The notes under the pieces are model-generated. The model was not told the origin of the DNA. It did no database searches and saw only the letters and a list, made by a program, of their open reading frames with translations. Source: Alphaproteobacteria bacterium (lineage in GTDB: Bacteria > Pseudomonadota > Alphaproteobacteria > CACIAM-22H2). Taken from it: a stretch of DNA of 64,000 bases. The stretch's first letter is position 1. Every line of letters starts with the position of its first letter. Of the stretch, positions 22,268 to 30,757 are shown one piece after another. The stretch covers positions 84,067 through 148,066 of the forward strand of contig DATIBC010000044.1 of the NCBI GenBank assembly GCA_035457725.1. Reading direction: 5' to 3'. The position numbers were made by a program, and so were the translations under genes.

Positions 22268-22859
22268 GCGCCGCCGATAGACCGTCGAGTAAAATGTCGG
22301 ACGCAAGATCCGCGAAGCCTTGCGGGCTCATTGCCCCGTCCGGCCGGTACCACGTATACGTCCAATTGATCAGGCCATAAAACGCCATCGCTGCCGGCAT
22401 CCGGACATCGCGGCGTCGCCCAAGCGCCGGCGCGACGGCGACGATTAGCGACAGCACGACCGCGACCAGCTCCCGCTCCTTGGCGACGATGGCGGCGCGG
22501 CTTCGTGGCGGCAAACTATCGAGCTCATTCAAGAGCAGGACGTGTTTGGCCCGCGCCGTCGCGTACATGCGCATGTGGGCGCGCACGACCTCGCGAAATA
22601 TGTCGCGGCTCGAACCCGGACCGCGAATCGCGTCTTGCACGGTGCGCGACAAGCCGTCCATATGCGCCGCAAGCAGGTCGTAGAGGATCGCTTGTTTCGA
22701 ATCGAAATAATGGTAGATGAGCGATTTCGTGCATTGGCACACCCGGGCGATGTCGGTGATCGATGTCCGAGCGAAGCCGTGTTCGGCGAACAGTTCGGCC
22801 GCGCGTTCGCGGATGAGCTGGCGCTTAGCCTCGTAATCGTCCGCGCGCGGCCGAGCCAT
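22248..22859 (-). CDS. TetR/AcrR family transcriptional regulator
   Basis: The internal ATG at 22859 gives 203 aa with an N-terminal TetR HTH (FAEHGFARTSITDIARVCQCTKSLIYHYF). The upstream 45-codon extension was rejected. Its 3' end overlaps the convergent reductase gene by 20 nt. Confidence 0.8.
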   Translation of the reverse strand: MARPRADDYEAKRQLIRERAAELFAEHGFARTSITDIARVCQCTKSLIYHYFDSKQAILYDLLAAHMDGLSRTVQDAIRGPGSSRDIFREVVRAHMRMYATARAKHVLLLNELDSLPPRSRAAIVAKERELVAVVLSLIVAVAPALGRRRDVRMPAAMAFYGLINWTYTWYRPDGAMSPQGFADLASDILLDGLSAALSRNPA

Positions 22860-22905
22860 GACGATGATCGTTTCGTCCGATTGGGCGTCGCCGAAATCGC
22901 CGCCT

Positions 22906-24060
22906 TTAGAACACCGGGATGATATCGGCGGGGTCGAAGGCGACGGTTCTGCCGTCGATGCCGATTTCGGGGATTCCAGGGAATTCGACGCCATGCGGCT
23001 CGAGCAGGCCCTTCATCTTCAACACCGCGGCGCGCCAGTTCTCCCGCCGCTCGGCAAGGGTGAGAATTCCGAGACCAGCATCGCGCGCCACCTCCTCGAG
23101 CATGAAATGCGCTGGACGCCACGTCTCCGGAAGCTCCCAGAACTGCCCCGGCGGCTCATAGAGGATGCCTGAAAGAAAAACGTACCCAGCGCGAAGCTGC
23201 TTGGTGATCTGCGCTCGCATCTCGTCGGTGAGTTTTGGCAGCAGCCGGTCGAGAATGGCGAGACAAATGCCCATGTGGCGCGCCTCGTCACGGCCGACGT
23301 TGCGGAACGCTTCCTTGAACACCGGGATCGTTGTCCGCTGATACATGCTGTGAAACAGCGTCGCCGAGGCAACCTCGCCCATGAGGAACGAAGTAAACAA
23401 GATGGCGAGCGGGTACTTGCCGACGCCCTTCTTGAAGCCCTCCCAGTATCGACCGCCGTTATGGTAGTACCAGAGCACGTTGTTGCGCGCCAATTTGCCG
23501 AGCGGCGTTTCGGGTGCGTAGCCGAGCGGGCCGTTCGGCGTCAGCGATTGAATCGCGAGCTGGCAAATCTCCTCATGATTGACCTCGTCGCGCGTCACCG
23601 AGAAGAAGCACTTGCGGACCGGGTCTTCCTCATGGCTTTCGTACGTGTGGATCATCGCCCGGGCGAAGACCGCGGGGCCCGATGAATCGAAAACCGACAA
23701 CAGCGCCCACCAGTACGCCATCGCATAGCGTTGATCGAGGGTGAACGCGTTCACTTCGAGCGTACTCCAAGGCAGCTTGTTCGGCGCCCATCCGGGATCG
23801 CGCGAGGAATCGTAAATCTGCGCCAGCTTCGGCGTTTCGACGCGCCATTCGAGCGGAAATATGTTGCCTTCCTTGAACGGCGGCGGTTCGCGTGTGCCAA
23901 AAAGTATCGTCGTCGCGTCGGGTGCGGCGACCGGATTTGAGGGTGGCGCGGCGAGCTGCGCGACCAGATTATCCGCTGTTTTCGCGGCGCGTCCGGGCAT
24001 TACTGAAACTCCTTGCGTTGCGACGTGCGTCAAAATATTCGCTGACCGCTTGGTCGGCAA
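22906..24060 (-). CDS. Ferritin-like di-iron carboxylate protein (putative oxygenase/desaturase; family not assignable from sequence)
   Basis: 384 aa. Two EXXH motifs about 110 residues apart (DEVNHEE and DEARHMG), plus additional conserved Glu (YESHEE, LMGEV). This is the ligand spacing of soluble di-iron enzymes (acyl-ACP-desaturase / AurF / R2-like). There are no Cys/His Rieske or heme motifs. Confidence 0.5.
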   Translation of the reverse strand: MPTKRSANILTHVATQGVSVMPGRAAKTADNLVAQLAAPPSNPVAAPDATTILFGTREPPPFKEGNIFPLEWRVETPKLAQIYDSSRDPGWAPNKLPWSTLEVNAFTLDQRYAMAYWWALLSVFDSSGPAVFARAMIHTYESHEEDPVRKCFFSVTRDEVNHEEICQLAIQSLTPNGPLGYAPETPLGKLARNNVLWYYHNGGRYWEGFKKGVGKYPLAILFTSFLMGEVASATLFHSMYQRTTIPVFKEAFRNVGRDEARHMGICLAILDRLLPKLTDEMRAQITKQLRAGYVFLSGILYEPPGQFWELPETWRPAHFMLEEVARDAGLGILTLAERRENWRAAVLKMKGLLEPHGVEFPGIPEIGIDGRTVAFDPADIIPVF

Positions 24061-24199
24061 ATCACAATCTGTGGCATCGACTCAAACAAATCAGGCCTCA
24101 AAGTTAAACTGATTTCTTAGAATTACGGCTGATACTACGTATTAATAATACTCTGTGACGCACTTTAACTCTCACGTATGAGGTATTAAGGCTATTCAG
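24061..24199. promoter_or_regulatory. AT-rich divergent intergenic region (promoters of the di-iron gene and of otsB)
   Basis: About 140 bp at roughly 35-40% GC inside a ~65% GC genome. It contains the near-palindrome GTATTAATAATAC. Confidence 0.3.
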
Positions 24200-24229
24200 G
24201 TGGCCCCGAACTGTGGCAGTTTGCCTGCG

Positions 24230-25018
24230 ATGAAAGCTGATTCGGGTCCTTCGCTCTGCCCGCCGACGGTCGGCGCGCGGAAATGGGCGTTATTTCTCGA
24301 CGTCGATGGCACCCTACTCGACATCGCCGCAACCCCCGAGACGGCGAAGGTCCCGGACGATCTTCCGGGGATCTTGCTCCGCCTTTCGGGCTGGCTCGAC
24401 GGTGCAGTAGCCTTGGTGAGCGGTCGCGCGCTGGCGGACATCGATCGCATGTTCTTTCCGCTACGGTTGCCGGCGGCCGGCCAACACGGGGCCGAACTTC
24501 GGGACATCGGAGGCCGTATCAGCGAAGCGCCCGGCACGCACGGTGGCTTGGATGCGATCCGCGCATTGCTGAGCCGACGGTTTGGCGAATTGACCGGCGT
24601 TTTGATCGAGGACAAAGGGATGAGCATTGCGGTTCATTATCGTCTTGCGCCCGAGCATGGAGCGTACGTACGCGCGGCGGCCGAAGAACTTGCCCATCCG
24701 CACGCGGCGACGATGACCGTGCTCCACGGCAAGCAGATCGTGGAATTCAAATCACACGCGATCTGCAAGGGAACCGCCGTCATGGCATTGATGGACGCGC
24801 CGCCGTTTCGCGGGCGCGTTCCCGTTTTCATCGGCGATGATCGGACCGATGAGGACGGCTTCCTTACCGCCGCCAGGTTGGGAGGGCTTGCAATTCGTGT
24901 CGGTGATGGTCCCGGGCGCGATGCGCCATGGTATTTCACCACGCCTTACTCGCTTCGGGCATGGCTCGCAGGACTGCCGGATCGGCCGGCGGACGCCCCG
25001 GCAGGGGGAACCGCATGA
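24230..25018 (+). CDS. otsB: Trehalose-6-phosphate phosphatase
   Basis: HAD motif I FLDVDGTL and the TPP-family C-terminal IGDDRTDE motif. The first ATG is at 24230. A GTG at 24200 is an alternative start. Confidence 0.8.
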   Translation: MKADSGPSLCPPTVGARKWALFLDVDGTLLDIAATPETAKVPDDLPGILLRLSGWLDGAVALVSGRALADIDRMFFPLRLPAAGQHGAELRDIGGRISEAPGTHGGLDAIRALLSRRFGELTGVLIEDKGMSIAVHYRLAPEHGAYVRAAAEELAHPHAATMTVLHGKQIVEFKSHAICKGTAVMALMDAPPFRGRVPVFIGDDRTDEDGFLTAARLGGLAIRVGDGPGRDAPWYFTTPYSLRAWLAGLPDRPADAPAGGTA

Positions 25019-26820
25019 TCAAGCGCGATCTCAATCTTGCGGTGATCGGCAACTGCATCATCGGCGCGCTGATCGATCGCGCTGGCCGCCACGTCTGGTC
25101 CTGCTTCCCCCGCCTCGACGCCGATCCGATCTTTTGCAATTTGCTGAAGAACGGTGATCCTGTCCGCGAGGATGGATTCTTCGAGATCACCGTCGAGAAC
25201 CTCGCCAAGTGCGAACAATCCTATCTCGCCAACACGGCGATCTTGATCACCGTATTGACCGATAGCCAGGGCAACGCGCTGCGAATCCTCGACTTCGCGC
25301 CGCGCTTCAAGCAGTACGAGCGAATTTTCCGGCCGACCATGCTCATCCGTCGCGTCGAGCCGCTTGCCGGGCGTTGTCGAATTCGGGTCAAGCTGCGACC
25401 GGCGTTCGACTACGGCGCCCTGACGCCGACCCGCACGCTTGGCAGCAATCATATTCGCTATACGACCCCCGCCGGCGCGATCCGGCTCTCGACCGATGCG
25501 CCCATCTCCTATATTGCCGAGGAATCCGCATTCGTGCTCGACGAGCCGCTCAATTTCATCGTCGGCCCGGACGAGACATTTCCGGGATCGATCAACGGCA
25601 TCGCGCGCGATTTTCTCGAGCGCACCGAGGATTACTGGCGCGAATGGTCGCGTTATCTGTCGGTGCCGTTCGAGTGGCAGGATGCGGTGATCCGCGCGGC
25701 GATCACGCTCAAATTATGTAGCTTCGAGGAGACCGGCGCGATCATCGCGGCGATGACGACGTCGATCCCCGAGGAGCCTGGCACTGGCCGGACGTGGGAT
25801 TACCGCTATTGCTGGCTTCGCGACGCGTATTTCGTCGTCCATGCACTCAATCGTCTCGGCGCGACCCGGACGATGGAAGAATACATCCGATACATCACTA
25901 ACGTCGCGGCGCTCGATCCCGGCGGCAGCTTGCGGCCGGTATACGCCATCCTTCCCGACGAGCCGCTCGATGAACGGATCATCCCGAGCCTGCCGGGATA
26001 TCGCGACATGGGGCCGGTTCGCGTCGGCAATGGCGCATGGAGCCAGGTTCAGAACGACAGCTACGGCAGCATCGTGCTTGCGGCGGCGCAGATGTTTTTC
26101 GATCAACGACTGCCGCGCATGGGGGACATCGAACTTTTCCATCGCCTCGAGAAGCTCGGCGAGCAGGCGGTCGCGGTCGCGTTCACGCCCGACGCTGGGC
26201 TGTGGGAGTTCCGCACCAAGGCGCGCGTGCACACGCATTCGGCCGTCATGTGCTGGGCCGCCGCCAACCGCTTGTCGATGATCGCGCGACGGGTCGGCCA
26301 AAGCGAGCGTACGGCGTATTGGAACGGCCAAGCCGATCGTATCCGCCGCGATGTCTTCGCCCGCGCCTGGAATCCGCAGATCGGCAGTTTCGTCGAGACG
26401 TTCGACGGCGGAGAGGTCGACGCCAGCCTGTTGCTGCTCGCCGAGATCGGCTTCGTTCGCCCCGACGATCCGCGTTATCTCGGCACCGTTGCGGCGATCG
26501 AACAGCGGCTCAAGCGCGGACGTCATCTCCTGCGGTACAACGGCGCCGACGATTTCGGCGCCCCGACGATGTCGTTCACCGTCTGCACGTTTTGGTACAT
26601 CGAGGCGCTGGCGGCGATTGGCCGGCGCGAAGAGGCGCGCGATATTTTCGAGCACATGCTGGCCAGCCGCAATCACGTCGGCCTCTTGTCAGAGGATCTC
26701 GATCCCGCCACCGGCGAACTGTGGGGCAATTTTCCGCAGTCTTATTCGATGGTGGGCCTGATACTCAGCGCCATGCGGTTGAGCAAGTCGTGGGAGGAGT
26801 CGGTATGGCGCGTCTCGTGA
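25015..26820 (+). CDS. Glycoside hydrolase family 15 protein (glucoamylase/trehalase-like)
   Basis: The ATG at 25015 overlaps the otsB stop (ATGA). 601 aa with a GH15 (alpha/alpha)6 core (WDYRYCWLRDAYF). The N-terminal ORF extension was rejected. Confidence 0.8.
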   Translation: MIKRDLNLAVIGNCIIGALIDRAGRHVWSCFPRLDADPIFCNLLKNGDPVREDGFFEITVENLAKCEQSYLANTAILITVLTDSQGNALRILDFAPRFKQYERIFRPTMLIRRVEPLAGRCRIRVKLRPAFDYGALTPTRTLGSNHIRYTTPAGAIRLSTDAPISYIAEESAFVLDEPLNFIVGPDETFPGSINGIARDFLERTEDYWREWSRYLSVPFEWQDAVIRAAITLKLCSFEETGAIIAAMTTSIPEEPGTGRTWDYRYCWLRDAYFVVHALNRLGATRTMEEYIRYITNVAALDPGGSLRPVYAILPDEPLDERIIPSLPGYRDMGPVRVGNGAWSQVQNDSYGSIVLAAAQMFFDQRLPRMGDIELFHRLEKLGEQAVAVAFTPDAGLWEFRTKARVHTHSAVMCWAAANRLSMIARRVGQSERTAYWNGQADRIRRDVFARAWNPQIGSFVETFDGGEVDASLLLLAEIGFVRPDDPRYLGTVAAIEQRLKRGRHLLRYNGADDFGAPTMSFTVCTFWYIEALAAIGRREEARDIFEHMLASRNHVGLLSEDLDPATGELWGNFPQSYSMVGLILSAMRLSKSWEESVWRVS

Positions 26821-28187
26821 TCGTCTCCAACCGCGTCTCGCTGCCGGGTGAGCGGATTTCGCGCGCCGGCGGCCTGGCCGTCGGATTGCGCGAGGCTCTT
26901 CGCAAGCATGGCGGCGTTTGGTTCGGTTGGAGCGGCGTCGTCAGCGAGGAACCGCCGGCCGCGCCAAAAATCGTCGAGGCGGGCAAGACTGTGTTCGCAA
27001 CCGTCGACCTGACGCGAAAGGATCACGACGAATACTACAGCGGCTACGCCAATAGCAGCTTATGGCCGCTCTTTCACTACCGCGTCGGCCTGATCGAATT
27101 CCGCCGGGCCGCCTTCGAAGGCTATCAGCGGGTGAACGCGATGATGGCGCGGATGCTGAAGCCGCTTCTCAATCCGGACGATCTGGTGTGGGTCCACGAT
27201 TACCACCTGATTCCTTTCGCCGCTGAACTGCGCAAGCTTGGCGTCGCAAATCGAGTCGGTTTCTTTCTCCACACGCCGTTTCCCCCGGCGCAAGTGCTGG
27301 TTGCGTTGCCGGCGCATGAAGCGCTGATGGAAGCGATGTGCTCGTTCGACCTGGTCGGATTTCAGACGGCGAACGACGTGCGCGCGTTTTCGGACTACAT
27401 CGTCCATGACGCGAACGGCCGGTTCCTCGCCGACGGCACCTTCACCGCCTTCGGACGCACCGCGCGCGCGGCCGCGTTCCCAATCGGCATCGACGCCGAC
27501 CAGTTCACCACGCTTGCCCGCGAGGCGGCCAACGCCAACGAAACGACGCGACTTAAGTCCAGCCTCGTCGGTCGCGACCTGATCATCGGCGTCGACCGCC
27601 TCGACTACAGCAAGGGCCTGCCCAATCGTTTCGAAGCCTTCGAGCGGATGCTCGAACGGTGGCCGGAGCATCGCGCCAAAGTGACTTTTCTGCAGATCGC
27701 GCCGCCATCGCGCAGCGACGTCGCCCAGTATCGGGCGCTCCGCCGCCAGCTCGAGTCCGCGGCCGGCCGGATCAACGGCAAGTACGCCGAATTCGACTGG
27801 CAGCCGATCCGCTATCTGAATAAGAGCTTCGCGCGCGGTCAGCTCGCCGGGTTCCTGCGCATTGGCCGCGTTGGGCTGATCACACCCTTGCGCGACGGGA
27901 TGAATCTCGTCGCCAAGGAGTACGTCGCGGCGCAAAACCCCGAGAACCCCGGCGTGCTCGTCCTTTCACGCTTCGCCGGCGCCGCACGCGAGCTCGATAC
28001 CGCGCTGATCGTCAATCCTTATGACATCGAAGATATCGCGGAGGCTCTGCACCACGCCCTGGTCATGCCGCTCGTCGAGCGAATCGAACGTTGGCGCGCC
28101 ATGGATCGAGTCGTGCGCCGCAACACGATTTCCACCTGGCGCGAGGGATTCATCGCCACGCTGAGCGCGCTACCGGCGGCGGCCTGA
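26805..28187 (+). CDS. otsA: Alpha,alpha-trehalose-phosphate synthase (UDP-forming)
   Basis: The ATG at 26805 gives MARLVIVSNR... 460 aa. GT20 family motifs (HDYHL, LQIAPPSR). It overlaps the GH15 gene by 16 nt. Confidence 0.9.
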   Translation: MARLVIVSNRVSLPGERISRAGGLAVGLREALRKHGGVWFGWSGVVSEEPPAAPKIVEAGKTVFATVDLTRKDHDEYYSGYANSSLWPLFHYRVGLIEFRRAAFEGYQRVNAMMARMLKPLLNPDDLVWVHDYHLIPFAAELRKLGVANRVGFFLHTPFPPAQVLVALPAHEALMEAMCSFDLVGFQTANDVRAFSDYIVHDANGRFLADGTFTAFGRTARAAAFPIGIDADQFTTLAREAANANETTRLKSSLVGRDLIIGVDRLDYSKGLPNRFEAFERMLERWPEHRAKVTFLQIAPPSRSDVAQYRALRRQLESAAGRINGKYAEFDWQPIRYLNKSFARGQLAGFLRIGRVGLITPLRDGMNLVAKEYVAAQNPENPGVLVLSRFAGAARELDTALIVNPYDIEDIAEALHHALVMPLVERIERWRAMDRVVRRNTISTWREGFIATLSALPAAA

Positions 28188-28197
28188 ACCAGCGCCG

Positions 28198-28980
28198 CTA
28201 GGCGTCCGCGAAATCGACCAGACCGCGCGCCGTCTCGCGGTCGTAGCCTTTGCTCGCCTGCAGAAGCTGCCGCGTATAGGGATGCGTCGGGTTTTCCGAA
28301 CGCAGCACGCCGACGTCCAACGCCTCGACGATACGGCCGGCGTTCATCACGGCAACCCGCTCGCACATATGCGCCACTATGGCGAGATTGTGCGTCACCA
28401 GGAGATAGGTGAGGCCGCGCTCGCGCCGCAAGCGTTGTAGCAGGTTCAGGATCTCCGCTTGCACCGACACGTCGAGCGACGACGTCGGCTCGTCGAGCAG
28501 CAGCACGCGCGGCTCGAGGATCAGCGCGCGAGCGATGGCGATGCGCTGGCGCTGCCCGCCCGACAACTGGTGCGGATATCGATATCGGAATCTCGAGCCG
28601 AGACCGACGTCGGCGAGCGCCCGCTCGATACGGCGATCGGCGGTGTCGAGGCGGTGGATCGCGACCGGCTCGACAAGGATTCGATCGACGGTATGGCGCG
28701 GATGGAGCGAGCCGTACGGGTCCTGGAACACCATTTGTACCCGTTTGTAGAAGGCGCGATCGCGCCGGCGCCCCTGCTGTCGCCCCGCCACCGTGATGGC
28801 GCCGCTCCAGTTCTCGATCAGGCCGGCGACCGCCCGCAGCACGGTCGATTTCCCGGAGCCCGATTCGCCGACCAGACCGAACGATTCGCCTTCGCCGACG
28901 CGAAACGTCGCTTGGCGCACCGCACGCACCACGCTCGTATGCCGGCCGAAGGTGACCGAGAGGTCCTCGACTTCGATCAT
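28198..28980 (-). CDS. Peptide ABC transporter ATP-binding protein (DppF/OppF-like)
   Basis: Internal start at 28980 (MIEVEDLSV). Walker A GESGSGKST, signature LSGGQRQR, Walker B LLLDEPTS. The start overlaps the upstream ATPase gene by 4 nt. Confidence 0.8.
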   Translation of the reverse strand: MIEVEDLSVTFGRHTSVVRAVRQATFRVGEGESFGLVGESGSGKSTVLRAVAGLIENWSGAITVAGRQQGRRRDRAFYKRVQMVFQDPYGSLHPRHTVDRILVEPVAIHRLDTADRRIERALADVGLGSRFRYRYPHQLSGGQRQRIAIARALILEPRVLLLDEPTSSLDVSVQAEILNLLQRLRRERGLTYLLVTHNLAIVAHMCERVAVMNAGRIVEALDVGVLRSENPTHPYTRQLLQASKGYDRETARGLVDFADA

Positions 28981-29843
28981 AGGCGCTCGCTTGGCTCCAA
29001 CCATGCCGGGTCGCGTTGCAGCACCGCGAGCTCGCGGCCGGCGTCGTCGATCCGCGGCAGCGCCGCCAGCAGCCCTTGCGTATAGGGATGCCGTGCAGCC
29101 CGCAATTCGCTGGCGCGGCATTCCTCGACGATGCGCCCGCCGTACATCACCAGCACCCGGTCGCAGAACGAGGCGACGAGGTTGAGATCGTGGCTGATGA
29201 AGATCAGCCCCATTCCCCGCGCCGTCACCAGATCGTCGACGATCGACAGGACCTGCATTTGGACCGTGACGTCGAGCGCGGAGGTAGGCTCGTCGGCGAT
29301 CAATAGGTCGGGCCCGGGAATCAGCATCATGGCGATCATTGCCCGCTGGCCCATTCCGCCCGAGACTTCGTGTGGATAGGCGTCGAACACGCGCTCGGGA
29401 TCGCGGATGCGCACCGCCCTCAGCATTTCCAGCGTCCGAGAACGCGCCTCGCCGCGCGTGGCGTCATGATGGACAAGGTAGGCCTCGGCGATTTGGCGGC
29501 CCACGGTCATTACTGGGTTGAGCGAGAATTTCGGATCCTGCATCACCATGGCGATGCGCGCGCCCCGGATGCTCCGCATCGCGCGTTCGTCGATTCCCAT
29601 GAGGTCGATGCCGTCGAACTCGAGGCGCTGCGCCGAGACCGCTCCTGGCGCCGCGATGAGACGAAGGATCGCCCTTCCGGTCACCGATTTGCCCGACCCC
29701 GACTCGCCGACGATCCCCACCTTCTCGCGGCCGAGCGAAAAGTTCACTCCACGTACCGCATGAATCGTCCCCACCGGACTGGCGAAATCGACCCGCAGGC
29801 CCTCGACCGCCAGCAGCGGCCGATCCGGCGACGGCGCGCTCAT
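28977..29843 (-). CDS. Peptide ABC transporter ATP-binding protein (DppD/OppD-like)
   Basis: Internal start at 29843 (MSAPSPDRPLLAVEGLRVDF). Walker A GESGSGKS, signature VSGGMGQR. The 127-codon N-terminal extension was rejected. Confidence 0.8.
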   Translation of the reverse strand: MSAPSPDRPLLAVEGLRVDFASPVGTIHAVRGVNFSLGREKVGIVGESGSGKSVTGRAILRLIAAPGAVSAQRLEFDGIDLMGIDERAMRSIRGARIAMVMQDPKFSLNPVMTVGRQIAEAYLVHHDATRGEARSRTLEMLRAVRIRDPERVFDAYPHEVSGGMGQRAMIAMMLIPGPDLLIADEPTSALDVTVQMQVLSIVDDLVTARGMGLIFISHDLNLVASFCDRVLVMYGGRIVEECRASELRAARHPYTQGLLAALPRIDDAGRELAVLQRDPAWLEPSERL

Positions 29844-30757
29844 CGCTGCTTCGGGTCGAGCACGTCGCGCAACCCGTCGCCAAGAAGGTTGAATCCCAGG
29901 CTGACGACGAAAATCGCCAAGCCTGGCATCGTCGCCACCCACCACTGGTCGAGAATGAACTTGCGGCCGGCGGAGATCATCGCCCCCCATTCGGGCGACG
30001 GCGGCTGCGCGCCGAGCCCGAGAAATCCGAGACCGGCGGCGGTCAGGATTATGCCAGCCATGTCGAGCGTCACGCGGACAATCACCGAAGGCATGCACAG
30101 CGGCATGACGTAGCGCCAGATGATCCGCGCCCGCGACGCCCCCTGGACGCGCGCGGCGGCGATGAAATCGCTGCCGCGGATGGTGATCGTCTCGGCGCGC
30201 GCAATCCGCGCATATGGAGGCCATGCGGTAAGCGCGATGGCGATGACCGCGTTCTCGATGCCGGGGCCGATCGCGGCGACGAAGGCGAGCGCCAGGATCA
30301 ACCGCGGAAAAGCGAGAAAGACGTCGGTCACCCGCATCAACGCGGTCTCAAGCCAGCCGCCGATGTATCCGGCAATGGTGCCGACCAGCAGGCCGACTGG
30401 CGCGACGAGGATGACCACCAAGACGACAATGGTCAGCGTGATGCGCGCGCCATGCACGACGCGCGAGAAGATGTCGCGGCCCAGCTCGTCGCTGCCGAAC
30501 CAGTAGACCGCGCCGGGCGGCAAGAGTCGCGCGGTCAAATCCTGCGTCACTGGCGAATGGGTGGCGATCCACGGCGCCAAGGCGGCGACGACGAGCAGCG
30601 CCACAACGATGCCCAGCCCGACCATCGCCAATGGATTGGTGCGGAACGCGCGCCACGCGAGATACGCCTCGCCAAGCCGCGCCTGCAGACGCGAGGACGG
30701 CGTTTCAGCAAGCAGCCATTGGCGTGTCGAGGCGGGCGAGTCGAGCCGCGCGCTCAT
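29840..30757 (-). CDS. Peptide ABC transporter permease (DppC-like)
   Basis: 305 aa with 6 TM helices and the EAA-like loop of BPD transport permeases. It overlaps its neighbours by 4 nt. Confidence 0.8.
   Translation of the reverse strand: MSARLDSPASTRQWLLAETPSSRLQARLGEAYLAWRAFRTNPLAMVGLGIVVALLVVAALAPWIATHSPVTQDLTARLLPPGAVYWFGSDELGRDIFSRVVHGARITLTIVVLVVILVAPVGLLVGTIAGYIGGWLETALMRVTDVFLAFPRLILALAFVAAIGPGIENAVIAIALTAWPPYARIARAETITIRGSDFIAAARVQGASRARIIWRYVMPLCMPSVIVRVTLDMAGIILTAAGLGFLGLGAQPPSPEWGAMISAGRKFILDQWWVATMPGLAIFVVSLGFNLLGDGLRDVLDPKQR

Noticed and set aside
24143-24160. Shared GTATTA...TAATAC-like motif between the 24.1 kb promoter island and the doc promoter (55378-55392)
   Set aside because: Only a 7-nt core (GTATTAT/A) is shared. 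This is insufficient to claim a common regulator.
28981-29121. Long N-terminal extensions of several minus-strand ORFs: the ABC ATPases (28198.. and 28977..), 38662..39990, acpS, pdxJ, dapA, gatB, isochorismatase and both TetRs
   Set aside because: Domain homology starts at internal ATGs that also create canonical ATGA/overlap junctions with the upstream gene. The extensions are low-complexity.
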